Notes: generated by a model not told the origin, from the letters alone. 64,000 bases of DNA from a virus (IMGVR_UViG_3300047560_001569:3627-67626); one strand, 5' to 3'; positions 19,093-29,377 are shown, counted from the stretch's first letter. Translations and numbers: made by a program.

Positions 19093-19271
19093 ATTTCCTC
19101 CGATTGCATTTGTCTAATATATTGGCCATACAGTCTGTTATATGCTTGTATGATTTTAACAGGTAATTCACAATTATGCGATTGAAGCTCTTCTTCAATA
19201 GCAGATGCTAATGCGCGCGAGGCTTTAATTTCATCGAATGTGCCGCGTGGATGTACTTCGAAGTCTTCCAT
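19089..19271 (-). CDS. Hypothetical protein
   Basis: GGAG RBS; overlaps the uvsX start. Confidence 0.6.
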   Translation of the reverse strand: MEDFEVHPRGTFDEIKASRALASAIEEELQSHNCELPVKIIQAYNRLYGQYIRQMQSEEI

Positions 19272-19304
19272 AATTCACTCCAATCATATTACTATACTCG
19301 TTCA

Positions 19305-20219
19305 TTAGAAAGTAATCAACGAGTCCTTATCTATTTCAATTTTATTATTACTCTTTCTCTGTCTACGTTTCTTTTCGTGTAACTTCTTCATTCTCTTCAC
19401 ACGAGTCTCTCTTAACAACCATTCAGGCATTTTTTGCTTGACTGATTTGGTTTTTGTTAATGTTGGTTGTACTGTACCACCACGTAGCGAATGGTTAGCA
19501 GCAACTAATAAGATAATTGCAAGTGGATCAAATACTACAACTAAAAGAATAATCACCCACCGTACAGCTTTATCTAATATTGTACTATCAGCATTCTCAT
19601 AAAACAATTCAGCAATATACTTAATTGGTCCTACTTCTGCAACAACCTTCCGGACCTCTGCTGCAATGGGTGCACGTTGCTCTTGTAGCGCAGTAATGTT
19701 GGCTTGTGATTTCGCGATCTCAGTAGCCATTTGAGTACGCTCTTTCTGCTGCGATCGACGTAGATATGCTGCCTTATTGGCACCCTTTTCATCTTCTGTG
19801 CGTAATAAAGTCTGATCGACAGCATCATCCATTTGTTTGATTGCTTTGCGATAAGCATCAATATTGTCCTTTTCAGTTTTTATCTTCTCATCAAATAGAG
19901 CTAGCTGATCTTGTACTTGGCTTGCTGGCACTCCTTGATCTACGTGTGCTTTCGATAAGAAGCCAAAAATGCCCATACTTGTAACAAGCATCAATACTGC
20001 GATTGCTAATGTCAGATAATATTTAATGAATCGAGGTGCTGTATCCCAATTACGATACACCCACGATGTAGCTACAACCTTAGCAAATTCTAACGTTGAT
20101 GCCATCACCATTACAGGAATAGCAGCCGCGGCGAATAATACAACAAGACCGGCAATAGAATAATACGCAGCGACAGCAGATAATGCTAACGCTACAAACA
20201 ATACCAAATAATTCAACAT
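19305..20219 (-). CDS. Membrane protein with periplasmic coiled coil
   Basis: Three N-terminal TM helices, coiled coil, C-terminal TM (VFDPLA). Confidence 0.7.
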   Translation of the reverse strand: MLNYLVLFVALALSAVAAYYSIAGLVVLFAAAAIPVMVMASTLEFAKVVATSWVYRNWDTAPRFIKYYLTLAIAVLMLVTSMGIFGFLSKAHVDQGVPASQVQDQLALFDEKIKTEKDNIDAYRKAIKQMDDAVDQTLLRTEDEKGANKAAYLRRSQQKERTQMATEIAKSQANITALQEQRAPIAAEVRKVVAEVGPIKYIAELFYENADSTILDKAVRWVIILLVVVFDPLAIILLVAANHSLRGGTVQPTLTKTKSVKQKMPEWLLRETRVKRMKKLHEKKRRQRKSNNKIEIDKDSLITF

Positions 20220-20220
20220 A

Positions 20221-20517
20221 TCATGTATCCATTAATGTATCCACTTTGATAATAAAATCAGTCATCTTTTTATGACGATCAGGCCAATAGATATAGGCCT
20301 TATCAGTATCCTTAGCCAAGTTCTTTAGTAATGGCATAATCATACCATACAAAGTGTTTAGTTTCTCTTCGTACGTTTGGGATACTTGTTGTAACTCTTG
20401 ACTCTGTTGTTGAACAGTAGCTTGAAGTTGTTGTTCCTTAGCCTTCAACTCTTGTTCGGATACAGCAGTGAATCCGAAATCAAAGTCTGCTAATTGTACT
20501 GGCTGTGTTGTCGCCAT
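20221..20517 (-). CDS. Hypothetical protein
   Basis: DFDFGFTAV...YIYWPDR pattern seen downstream of gp43 in T4-like phages. Confidence 0.65.
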   Translation of the reverse strand: MATTQPVQLADFDFGFTAVSEQELKAKEQQLQATVQQQSQELQQVSQTYEEKLNTLYGMIMPLLKNLAKDTDKAYIYWPDRHKKMTDFIIKVDTLMDT

Positions 20518-20526
20518 ATTTATTCC

Positions 20527-23046
20527 TTAGAAAAAGTCTGAGAGTGTCCTGCGTTTGCTTTCAATGCTCCAACCAATAGCATCCGTGATTGTCTTGATTG
20601 GTTCAACAAACGATTTATTAAATTGCATCTCACGATCGATATACTGCTCGATGTTCAACTCGGCTGGGATTGATCCTGGTGCAGCAATGACAGTTGCAGT
20701 TGTGGGGTTAGGTGTCTTTAAATGACAAAACTTGATCTTCTCACCTTCACCTATTAAAGGATATTTATTAGCAAGTCCTCTCACCTTAAGAATATGATTG
20801 TATATCAACGCACCCTTAACGTGAATTGGAGTACTCTTACGATATATTGTTGATGGATCTATGTACTTGTGTAGTCCGCGGACACTTCTAGGAAAAGCAA
20901 TATCTTCAAATGATAGTGTTGTATAATGCTCCTTAAAATTCTCAACGAACGACCGCAACTGTCCCTCATCACCAGCCATGATTACTTTCAATGCTTCTTT
21001 AATGTTATCTCGACAAGCACTCGGTGTAGAAGATCGTACTGCCTCAATACCAGATAACTTTAACTTCGGCTCACTATACTGCACACCTTCGTTATTGTAT
21101 ACATTGAGAATGTATCTCTTCTTTGCAGTCCATATTCCTTTATCTGCAATTGCCTCTCGCTTCATCTTCATCTTCTGATCATATGCATTAACATAATCAG
21201 CAAGTTTTTGATATGTCTTATCAATAAATGGTTCAAATATCTTTTCACAAACATTATCGAGGTACTTAACAATCTGCTCTGTGTTCTTCCCTTTGCAAGT
21301 TTGCTCAACCAAGGTGCCCAACTTTAAATACATAGAGTCAGTGTCGCATGCGATAACATAATCAACCTTCTCGGTATTGAGTGTCTTACTGAGGAATTGG
21401 TTGATATGTATTTCCATCCAACGAATAGATAGCTGGCCAGACTTCGTAATCGATTCTGCGAGATTAGTATCGAACCACCTAAAGTATACATTTGATAAGG
21501 CACCATAAGCACTGTTCAATTGAATCTTTTTGGCAAGCTGCATATTGTGGCAACGTGCAATCTCTTTTTCTAATTCGTATGTGGGTGTTATCTCATATTG
21601 TTGCTTGGCTGCCAACATCTGCTTCTTATATCGAACCCGATCATTATACATCTTCAACATTAACGCTGGAAGAAATCCTTGTCTATCTCGATCGAACATA
21701 CATCCAGAAGCAGCAACAGCAACATTCTGACTAACCATCTTCTCACGTATATCAGAATCATTCAATGCTCCGTCTAAAATAGAATCGATAGAGAGACTCG
21801 GCAATTGACCAACCAACGTTTCGGGTGAAATGTTATACTGCATAATCAAATGAGGATATAGACTGTTCAAGTCAAAAGAACATACCCATTCATGCATTCC
21901 GACTTGAGGATCCTTTACATATGCACCAACAATCTGACCATCCTTTTCTTGCTTACTTGCAAACGGAATTGCAACGCCCTGTTTGATTAGGTAGTTATGA
22001 ATAATGATGTCCCACATACGAACAGACGTGAATGCATCGACGTAGTTTACTTTACCATCATATGCGATAGCAAAGATCTGCTCAATGAACTTTAACTTAT
22101 CTTCTAGTTTATCTACAAGTATAACGTCATGGATGTTATAATCAATATATTTTTCATAGTCCTTCTCATAGAACTCATGCATCGACTCATACTCAGAATA
22201 ATCCAGCTTACGTTCGCCAAGTTCAATGAATGCAATATGGTCGAGCTTGAATGATTCCTGTTGTTGGAATGAGAACTTCTTATATGCTTGAAGGTAGTCG
22301 ATGATGCTGATTCCCAATGGAACATATACAGTATATTGTCTACCCATAATTTCAAGTTGACGCTCTTCGAGTATGCCCCATGGCGACAATCTCTTTGCAG
22401 ATTTCTCACCAAGCTGTCGACGTATGCGGTTGACAAGGTATGGAATATCAAAGAACTCAACATTCCAACCAGTCAACACATCAGGTGCATATTGTTTAGA
22501 TTGCCATACAGTTAGGAACTTTTCAAGCATATCCTCTTCGCTCTTACATTTAAAGTAGCGAACAGAATCGTTTTTCGATGTGTAATCTCTCAACCCTAAT
22601 ACGACCGACTGACCGTCTTTACGAAGTGTGATAGCAGTTACTTTTTTATCAGCCTCGTCGATATCAGGAAAACCACCATCCGTTGATACCTCAATATCAA
22701 GAGTAACAACGGCTATCTTTTTAGGGTCGTAGTCGATATCGCCTGGATAATTATCATTGATAAATGCATACTGGAAACTAGTAAGACCATACAGTCGTTT
22801 ATTCGTTATCTCAGCAACATCCTTTATGTAATTGCGAGCATCACGTATTGTGTCAAATTCTTGCTTATATAAAGGCTCACCCTTCAATGTCTTGTAGGGT
22901 GTCTCAATTCCACGTTCTTTGTATGCTTTGTTCGGTTCAAACAAGTATGGTTGATATGGAATTGAGCGCTGGATACGCTCTCCATTTTCGTACCCTCTTA
23001 GTAAGATCTCGTCCCTATAGATTTGTACGTTGGTGTAGAAATTCAA
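20527..23046 (-). CDS. gp43: DNA polymerase family B (T4 gp43)
   Basis: Exonuclease DIE; SFDLNSLYPH; KIQLNSAYG; CDTDS. Confidence 0.98.
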   Translation of the reverse strand: MNFYTNVQIYRDEILLRGYENGERIQRSIPYQPYLFEPNKAYKERGIETPYKTLKGEPLYKQEFDTIRDARNYIKDVAEITNKRLYGLTSFQYAFINDNYPGDIDYDPKKIAVVTLDIEVSTDGGFPDIDEADKKVTAITLRKDGQSVVLGLRDYTSKNDSVRYFKCKSEEDMLEKFLTVWQSKQYAPDVLTGWNVEFFDIPYLVNRIRRQLGEKSAKRLSPWGILEERQLEIMGRQYTVYVPLGISIIDYLQAYKKFSFQQQESFKLDHIAFIELGERKLDYSEYESMHEFYEKDYEKYIDYNIHDVILVDKLEDKLKFIEQIFAIAYDGKVNYVDAFTSVRMWDIIIHNYLIKQGVAIPFASKQEKDGQIVGAYVKDPQVGMHEWVCSFDLNSLYPHLIMQYNISPETLVGQLPSLSIDSILDGALNDSDIREKMVSQNVAVAASGCMFDRDRQGFLPALMLKMYNDRVRYKKQMLAAKQQYEITPTYELEKEIARCHNMQLAKKIQLNSAYGALSNVYFRWFDTNLAESITKSGQLSIRWMEIHINQFLSKTLNTEKVDYVIACDTDSMYLKLGTLVEQTCKGKNTEQIVKYLDNVCEKIFEPFIDKTYQKLADYVNAYDQKMKMKREAIADKGIWTAKKRYILNVYNNEGVQYSEPKLKLSGIEAVRSSTPSACRDNIKEALKVIMAGDEGQLRSFVENFKEHYTTLSFEDIAFPRSVRGLHKYIDPSTIYRKSTPIHVKGALIYNHILKVRGLANKYPLIGEGEKIKFCHLKTPNPTTATVIAAPGSIPAELNIEQYIDREMQFNKSFVEPIKTITDAIGWSIESKRRTLSDFF

Positions 23047-23356
23047 TTTCGCTCTTTAGTAAAAAATACTTGTTTCTTGTGTTCGTCGCTCCAGCTACGA
23101 GCGTACGTATTATCCTCATCACACAACTGTAATGCTTCTTGTTCAGTAACAACACGATGTGATACTATAACTTCCCCCAAGTGGTGCTGTGAGAACTCCT
23201 CACAGTCTCCCATAGTAACATCATCCAAAGCATATTCGGGGTGGCGGTGATGTACTTCTACCATATAGCGTATGCGGAATTGTGAGACTGCTTCGACAAG
23301 GACCCACACCTTATCATCAGTTGACTCAACTCGCTCATTGACTATCTTCTTGCCCA
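23043..23356 (-). CDS. Hypothetical protein
   Basis: WVLVEAVSQFRIRY...EFSQHHLGE. Confidence 0.6.
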
Positions 23357-23420
23357 TATATATCTCCATTAGAAAAACCTTAATCTCTAGTATCAATGAT
23401 ACAAAAGATTAAGGCAACAA

Positions 23421-24365
23421 TCACACATCCAAATATACTAACTCAAATGTATCGGCTATTGCTTCATATCCATCATACCCACGTGGGTTGCAAACAACAC
23501 GCGTCGAACCGACCATATAATCAAACCTATCATGTGTATGCCCATGGGTCCACAATTTGATTTGTGGATGTTCAAGAATATATTCATCCAATGAAGAACT
23601 ATATGCACCATTCATCAAAGTATCATGCTTATAACGAGGGTGAGTAGATAAACGGCTTGGTGCATGATGACCAACAACAACAAACTTTTCATCAAACTTA
23701 CCTTCAATCACGGACTGAATGTATTGCAACATTTTTTTGTGGTCATCAAATGCATCTTGTGGTGAAAAACTAGAAGGTTCTTGTTTTTTCTTTTCGCCAA
23801 TTTTGATATGAAAACCCGCTTCATTCTGAAGATACTTACCACCGTTCTTACCATCAGGTGTATAATTGGGATTCAATTCGTATAATGGAACTGTACGAGT
23901 AACCATACGAGTAGAATTCTGAACACATTGAAAATCATTCATTCTACGAGTAACATGAAACTTGGTCATTTCATTATCATTGTTCATATCTGTCCACAAT
24001 GTACCACCGACAAATGTAACATCATCAATCTTTTTAGATTCTTTTTCAAGCAAATAAACATTACTCAACATATTAGATTCTAGCAATGATTTAATTTTGT
24101 TTCCACTTGTCGCAAAGTCACCATGATAATGTTCATGGTTACCCATAACATAAACTACATGCGGAAATTGAGCTGAGCAGTTCTTGAAGAAATCAACAAT
24201 ACGTTTACTTTTTGCACCAGCCATAAAACTATCCAAGCTGCCTTCAATGATATCGGCAACGGTACAGATATCTCCGCCGAGTATCAATACATCGGCGTTG
24301 TTTGTGTTTTGTAATTCAATAGGGCCAAACTCTAAATGTAAGTCTGAGCAAAGTGCGATTTTCAT
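23421..24365 (-). CDS. Calcineurin-like metallophosphoesterase
   Basis: SDLHLE, GGD, GNHEHY, HHAP, HGHTH. Confidence 0.9.
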   Translation of the reverse strand: MKIALCSDLHLEFGPIELQNTNNADVLILGGDICTVADIIEGSLDSFMAGAKSKRIVDFFKNCSAQFPHVVYVMGNHEHYHGDFATSGNKIKSLLESNMLSNVYLLEKESKKIDDVTFVGGTLWTDMNNDNEMTKFHVTRRMNDFQCVQNSTRMVTRTVPLYELNPNYTPDGKNGGKYLQNEAGFHIKIGEKKKQEPSSFSPQDAFDDHKKMLQYIQSVIEGKFDEKFVVVGHHAPSRLSTHPRYKHDTLMNGAYSSSLDEYILEHPQIKLWTHGHTHDRFDYMVGSTRVVCNPRGYDGYEAIADTFELVYLDV

Positions 24366-24505
24366 ACCATCTCCCAATTTAAATGTACATTCTACTACAT
24401 TCCAACCAGCCAGACAACATTAATATCGTGCTGTTAGATGGGGATTATTTTGAATATGTTTCTTACGCTGCTCAGCTAAAAGAACAATAAAATTCCAAAT
24501 CTTTT

Positions 24506-24691
24506 TCATAGCATTCCCCTCTTTTGTAAGAGTTTCATTCTATTCTCAAGCTCAGCAGTGTCTGCTGACTGTTCAAGATAGTATTGCACTTCGTCTTGAT
24601 ATGAAACAGTAAATGTACGTCTCGCCCAATTCCAAAAATTTTTATATGTTGGTGTTTCTACTCCACCCAGAGCTTCTAATCCGTTATGCAT
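24506..24691 (-). CDS. Small hypothetical protein (DUF3563-like)
   Basis: YLEQSAD.AELENRMK pattern; the longer track ORF starts inside the hsp20 terminator. Confidence 0.55.
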   Translation of the reverse strand: MHNGLEALGGVETPTYKNFWNWARRTFTVSYQDEVQYYLEQSADTAELENRMKLLQKRGML

Positions 24692-24720
24692 GTTTATACC
24701 CATATGTCTTTTGAACAAAA

Positions 24721-24751
24721 TAAAAGCCAGCACCTTTTGAGTGCTGGCTTT
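24721..24751 (-). terminator. Rho-independent terminator after hsp20
   Basis: aaagccagcac/gtgctggcttt stem followed by a U-rich tail on the minus strand. Confidence 0.75.
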
Positions 24752-24761
24752 ACGATACTGC

Positions 24762-25265
24762 TTAAGCAGCGTCTTCTACGAGAAGTTGTTTAGTGTCCTT
24801 TTTCTTGGACGATGTTTGTTCAACATCTTTTACTTCAATTTTCTTTGGCTTCTTGTGCTCAGGAATAATACGCTCAAGGAAAACCTTTAGCATACCGTTG
24901 AGCATTTGAGCATCTTTAACTTCAATTTGGTCTTCTAGTGCAAAGACGCGTGTAAAGTTACGAGCAGCAATACCTTTGAAAAGGAAGTTGTTGTCATCTT
25001 CTTCAGCACTCTGCACATTGCCTTTCACAACCATCTTACCGTCAGCCAACTCAATCTCAATATCTTGTTTAGCAAAACCGGCCACGGCGAGTTCGACAAC
25101 ATATGTGTTGTCGCCAGTTTTCTTAATATTATATGGAGGATAGTTAGGGATATTCTTTGTTAGATCATCATGTAATTTTGCAATACGGTTATACTGCTCA
25201 TCGAATCCAACAAAGAAGCGGTCAAAGTCCTTGAACCCAGGTCCAAATACTGATAAATGTGTCAT
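24762..25265 (-). CDS. hsp20: Small heat shock protein (IbpA-like)
   Basis: NYPPYNI, LAVAGF, KGIAARNFTRVF, NGML; AGGAGG RBS before MTHL. Confidence 0.95.
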   Translation of the reverse strand: MTHLSVFGPGFKDFDRFFVGFDEQYNRIAKLHDDLTKNIPNYPPYNIKKTGDNTYVVELAVAGFAKQDIEIELADGKMVVKGNVQSAEEDDNNFLFKGIAARNFTRVFALEDQIEVKDAQMLNGMLKVFLERIIPEHKKPKKIEVKDVEQTSSKKKDTKQLLVEDAA

Positions 25266-25278
25266 AACAAACCTCCTA

Positions 25279-25503
25279 TCACTTAGCTTTAGCTGTAGCA
25301 GGGAAAGCCAATTTATGAGCAGCATCATACGAAGCTGTCAATACATCGGCATACGTCTTTGCAATTTGTTTTGCAAATGAGCGCTGCGACTCTACAAATG
25401 ATTGAAGTGGTTTCTGCAACGATTCGTCTTTAACGAATGTTTTAATGAAAGTTGTTTTAGCGTCTTGAACTGCGTCAATAGCTGTATCAGCGAAAAAAGT
25501 CAT
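25279..25503 (-). CDS. Small helical hypothetical protein
   Basis: Strong AAGGAG RBS; amphipathic, Ala-rich. Confidence 0.65.
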   Translation of the reverse strand: MTFFADTAIDAVQDAKTTFIKTFVKDESLQKPLQSFVESQRSFAKQIAKTYADVLTASYDAAHKLAFPATAKAK

Positions 25504-25616
25504 AAAGATCTCCTTAAATAAGCGAGTTAAAAAATACCAACCCTAAAAGGCGTTGGCCCGAGGAATCTTTATACAGCCGACCCTCGGACTGCTGTTTCCC
25601 ATCCCTGAGATGTAAT

Positions 25617-25624
25617 TATTTATA
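25617..25624 (-). promoter_or_regulatory. T4-type late promoter TATAAATA
   Basis: Exact consensus preceding a roughly 110-nt structured leader. Confidence 0.6.
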
Positions 25625-25628
25625 TAAG

Positions 25629-25763
25629 TTACTCCATCAGGATATAGTCTTCTTTACCTACACCACATTCCGGACATAAAAAATCAATAGGAAGCTCTTC
25701 CCATTTACCTTCTACTACTTCGTCATGGACATGGCCACAAACTACACATACACGATCCATCAT
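25629..25763 (-). CDS. Rubredoxin (44 aa, not in ORF track)
   Basis: MMDRVCVVCGHVHD...WEELPIDFLCPECGVGKEDY with two CxxCG motifs. Confidence 0.9.
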   Translation of the reverse strand: MMDRVCVVCGHVHDEVVEGKWEELPIDFLCPECGVGKEDYILME

Positions 25764-26212
25764 TGTACCTCCTGTAACATTCTTTGATAAGCAGTTGCAT
25801 GACGCTCTTCTACTTTCTTCAATGCAGCAAAACGTCTTTCTGCTTTAGCAAGAATATCAGAGAATTGGGCAGCATGATCTTTTGATTCTGCAATTTGTTC
25901 TTGCATTTCTTTCTGCACTTCCAATTTACCTTCCGCAACAGCAATGGATTCGAACTGTGGATACATTTCTGTAAACTCATACGTTTCACCATCGATTGCT
26001 TTTTGCAAGCATTCTTTAGTAGATGGCTTGCCAATCAATAATCCCAAATGACCCCATGCATGCTTGATCTCTTGATCAGCTGTATGTTCAAAATGCTTCG
26101 CTACGTCCTCGAATCCCTCTTCACGAGCGATCTTTGCGAAGTAACGATACTTAACATGAGCCATCGACTCACCAGCCAATGCGCTTTCTAAATTTGCCAA
26201 TGTTGCTGACAT
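25760..26212 (-). CDS. Rubrerythrin / erythrin
   Basis: NL..A.AGES.A, E..HA, GETYE..EMYP diiron motifs. Confidence 0.9.
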   Translation of the reverse strand: MSATLANLESALAGESMAHVKYRYFAKIAREEGFEDVAKHFEHTADQEIKHAWGHLGLLIGKPSTKECLQKAIDGETYEFTEMYPQFESIAVAEGKLEVQKEMQEQIAESKDHAAQFSDILAKAERRFAALKKVEERHATAYQRMLQEVQ

Positions 26213-26293
26213 TATATCCCTTTCAAATAGATATATAATTATATATTATATCGGAAACAATTTTCCAATTGATATTATTAATCGTCATTATAG

Positions 26294-26830
26294 TTATGGA
26301 TTCTTAGGTGAATGTGGGACATCGAATACAAATGTTATCCTATCAACTGTTCCATTATTTAATGCTGAGTGGTGCTTTTTATTATCAAACCAAAAAAACG
26401 TACCAGGTTCTATTTGGTGATACTCACCATCAACCTCATAAAGATATGTGCCTTGCAGTGATAAGTGGTATCTATCTCTAGTCAAATAATACTTACCCTC
26501 ATCAATATGTCGCCCTACACTGCCTCCTGGCTTCAATCTAAAGAACGCAGCTCTGCTCGTATTAAATACGTTTCGATTACGAAGCCACTTTCTTATTTCA
26601 GAATACTTTTTATACAGTGGTGTGTTCTGTTGGAGTTCAGTATCTTTCGGGCTGTCGTTTATATCTCTAACAACTGCCATTACTAATGGCAAAAACCCAT
26701 ATGGCTTTAGATCGCCTGCTATGTTCTTGTAGGATGATACTGCTTGCCAGTCTTCAGGATTATCATTAATTTGTTTGATAATCTTACTGACGTCAACATT
26801 ACGTTCAATAAATCTAAAATTACTCATCAA
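26294..26830 (-). CDS. 2OG-Fe(II) oxygenase, Asp/Asn beta-hydroxylase-like
   Basis: HID, RYHLSL, WFDNKKHH, DRITFVFD. Confidence 0.8.
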   Translation of the reverse strand: MMSNFRFIERNVDVSKIIKQINDNPEDWQAVSSYKNIAGDLKPYGFLPLVMAVVRDINDSPKDTELQQNTPLYKKYSEIRKWLRNRNVFNTSRAAFFRLKPGGSVGRHIDEGKYYLTRDRYHLSLQGTYLYEVDGEYHQIEPGTFFWFDNKKHHSALNNGTVDRITFVFDVPHSPKNP

Positions 26831-27003
26831 TCCTCACGTTCATCTGACAAAGCTTCCTCGGTAGTCAACACATCATAATATTCGTCTTTAGTCGTATTGG
26901 TATTGTCTTCTTTACTTTTTTTACCGAAAACTCTCTCCCAATTATTATCATATGTGTTTTTATCTACACTATATGGTCTAGGAGCACTTCCTTTTCCTGA
27001 CAT
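26827..27003 (-). CDS. Small hypothetical protein (58 aa, not in ORF track)
   Basis: MSGKGSAPRPYSVDKNTYDNNWERVFGKK. Confidence 0.6.
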   Translation of the reverse strand: MSGKGSAPRPYSVDKNTYDNNWERVFGKKSKEDNTNTTKDEYYDVLTTEEALSDERED

Positions 27004-27016
27004 ATATCATCCCTAT

Positions 27017-27340
27017 TCAAACTGGTCTAAAACTCTCACCACATCCACATCTATCACGCTCGTTAGGATTCTTGAACTCAAACCCCTCATTCAATCCGTT
27101 TCTAGCATAGTCGATTGTCATTCCTTTCAAGTATAATAAACTTTTAGGATCAACAATAACCGATACTTCATTAGTATTAAATACATTATCCTCAACATTT
27201 ACCTGATCAACATATTCTAATACATATGCCATTCCAGAACAACCAGTAGTACGAACGCCAACTCGTACACCTATTCCTTTGCCACGCTTTACTAGATGGT
27301 TGGATATTCTTTTTGCTGCTTGTGGTGTTATCTCAATCAT
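27017..27340 (-). CDS. iscA: Fe-S cluster A-type carrier IscA
   Basis: [28 protein letters not shown]. Confidence 0.93.
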   Translation of the reverse strand: MIEITPQAAKRISNHLVKRGKGIGVRVGVRTTGCSGMAYVLEYVDQVNVEDNVFNTNEVSVIVDPKSLLYLKGMTIDYARNGLNEGFEFKNPNERDRCGCGESFRPV

Positions 27341-27654
27341 ACACTAAAAGATGATCCACATCCACAGGTCGTCTGTGCATTTGGATTGATAATTTTAAAT
27401 TGACTACCAGTCAAATCATCAGTGTAATCGATTGTTGCTCCAGTTAAGTATTGCATACTCAATGCATCTGCTACAACTGGTGCACCATTAATTTCAAAAT
27501 CATCTTCATTCTGTACATCTTCCAACATGAATCCATATTGAAATCCTGAACAGCCGCCACCTTCAACATACACACGAACCTTCAATCCGGGTTCATTTTC
27601 TTCTGCAATAATTTCTTGAATTTTTGCTACTGCCGATTCGGTAATTGTTAGCAT
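27337..27654 (-). CDS. erpA: Fe-S cluster insertion protein ErpA
   Basis: [34 protein letters not shown]. Confidence 0.9.
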   Translation of the reverse strand: MLTITESAVAKIQEIIAEENEPGLKVRVYVEGGGCSGFQYGFMLEDVQNEDDFEINGAPVVADALSMQYLTGATIDYTDDLTGSQFKIINPNAQTTCGCGSSFSV

Positions 27655-28034
27655 GTTAGAGCAGCCTTTCTTTTATAATCCGCTACTGCGGCTTTGATGG
27701 CGTCTTCGGCGAGGATTGAACAATGGATTTTGACTGGGGGGAGAGCAAGTTCTTCAGCAATCTCGCTATTACGTATGGATCCTGCTTCCTCAAGTGTTCG
27801 ACCTTTGACCCATTCTGTAACGAGGCTACTGCTGGCAATGGCTGACCCACAACCGTATGTTTTGAATCTTGCATCTGTAATGATCCCGTCTTGTACTTTT
27901 ATTTGTAATTTCATTACATCACCACAAGCGGGCGCTCCTACCATGCCTGTGCCTATACCTTCTTCATCTTTAGAAAATGAACCCACATTACGTGGGTTCT
28001 CGTAGTGATCAACAACTTTATCTGAATATGCCAT
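27648..28034 (-). CDS. iscU: Fe-S scaffold IscU
   Basis: [42 protein letters not shown]. Confidence 0.97.
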   Translation of the reverse strand: MAYSDKVVDHYENPRNVGSFSKDEEGIGTGMVGAPACGDVMKLQIKVQDGIITDARFKTYGCGSAIASSSLVTEWVKGRTLEEAGSIRNSEIAEELALPPVKIHCSILAEDAIKAAVADYKRKAALTC

Positions 28035-28053
28035 GATATCCTCCTACAAATAT

Positions 28054-28638
28054 TTAGTCTGGACCATATACGGCTTCGCGGTCTTTCATACCAACTTCAC
28101 CACCTTCTTCTTTGATTCGTTTGATAACATCTTCAAATAGAATTGGCCTGTAATCTGTATGTTCAACACAAACACAATGATAACGAGGATCAATTTCCCA
28201 TTTGCCCCATATTTCAGCCATCACACGATTTGCATGAAGATGTCCGTGGATATTTGTACCGAAGCGACCAAGACTTTCCGGATGTATAGGGATGTGACTC
28301 AATATCATTCCGTTCAATACATGGTATGCACGAAGTTCACGGAAGTGTTCCCGATACTCATCATCTCTAAAGATGTCGTGATTACCACGAATCAATACTT
28401 TATCGCCATTGAGCCTACGCATAATACCCAAAGCTTTGCGGTTGATCACAACATCACCAAGGTGATATACTTTGTCTTTTGGTCGGACTGTTTCATTCCA
28501 ACGCTTTACCATTTCCTCATCCATCTCATCAGCATTATCCCATGGACGGAGTTTAGTAACACCATCATTACGGGTGAACCTACACACACCAGTATGACCA
28601 AAGTGTGTATCGCTTACAAGGAATATAGCTGGCATCAA
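28054..28638 (-). CDS. Metallophosphoesterase
   Basis: SDTHFGH, HLGD, GNHD, HGHLH. Confidence 0.9.
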   Translation of the reverse strand: MMPAIFLVSDTHFGHTGVCRFTRNDGVTKLRPWDNADEMDEEMVKRWNETVRPKDKVYHLGDVVINRKALGIMRRLNGDKVLIRGNHDIFRDDEYREHFRELRAYHVLNGMILSHIPIHPESLGRFGTNIHGHLHANRVMAEIWGKWEIDPRYHCVCVEHTDYRPILFEDVIKRIKEEGGEVGMKDREAVYGPD

Positions 28639-28665
28639 TGTTTCCGAGAAAATCTAATAATTACA

Positions 28666-29103
28666 TTACGCATATTGATAATTTACCGTGTTCGTATTTG
28701 TCCTGAACACACTAGCTCCATTTTTAAGATGGAATCGTCTTGCCATTTCAGTTGTAGGACTCAATGTAATGTACCTATTAATATGTGAGTAGTTGTCACC
28801 GAGATATTGGCGAGACTTGATGAGTAAATCCCGACCAGCACCAGGTGTATAACTCCATATAGTATAGAACACTGCAATGTTAGGGTCAACTCCTACATCT
28901 TGGTATAGCGTCTCTACACTATCTGGCACATCCCTACAATAGGCAACACATACAATTGCTGTTGGTTGATTGTTCTCACCAAGAAGAACAAACACTTCTC
29001 TGCTAGAGGATATTCTCCAATCGGCAGGAATCTCCGGACGTACAGGGTCGTCTTTAATATATTCAATTAGCGGGTCAGTTAATGATTTTATAATATGTAG
29101 CAT
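28666..29103 (-). CDS. Conserved phage protein, possibly GNAT-like
   Basis: DDPVRP, FYTIWSY..GAGR, TLSP.TEMA..FHLKNGA. Confidence 0.55.
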   Translation of the reverse strand: MLHIIKSLTDPLIEYIKDDPVRPEIPADWRISSSREVFVLLGENNQPTAIVCVAYCRDVPDSVETLYQDVGVDPNIAVFYTIWSYTPGAGRDLLIKSRQYLGDNYSHINRYITLSPTTEMARRFHLKNGASVFRTNTNTVNYQYA

Positions 29104-29188
29104 GATGTTCTTAGGAGTTAAATTTGGCTAAAATATTTAGCACAATGAACACCATTCGAATAAATATTATTACAAACTTATATAAAAA

Positions 29189-29377
29189 ATGTCAGCATTC
29201 GATCACGATACAGAGAATTTAAAACTTCTCTATCAATTCAGCAAACAAACATACGAGCCCAAATCATCTTGGACGACTGGGACATGGGCTCTCGATCCCT
29301 TACATCAAAAACCAAAAGTAGAATTCAAACTCGACCCACTTCCACCACAGATCCAATTAAATTTAAGATTTAAGTGA
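29189..29377 (+). CDS. Small hypothetical protein on the opposite strand
   Basis: Fills an otherwise empty gap, divergent from 29103. Confidence 0.4.
   Translation: MSAFDHDTENLKLLYQFSKQTYEPKSSWTTGTWALDPLHQKPKVEFKLDPLPPQIQLNLRFK

Noticed and set aside
20527-23046. Introns or inteins in gp43 (also checked gp41, gp17 and nrdA)
   Set aside because: Lengths and motif spacing are normal, with no insertion or splice motifs.
28159-28788. 209-aa plus-strand ORF
   Set aside because: It is the antisense shadow of the metallophosphoesterase gene; the same applies to most plus-strand ORFs in the track.
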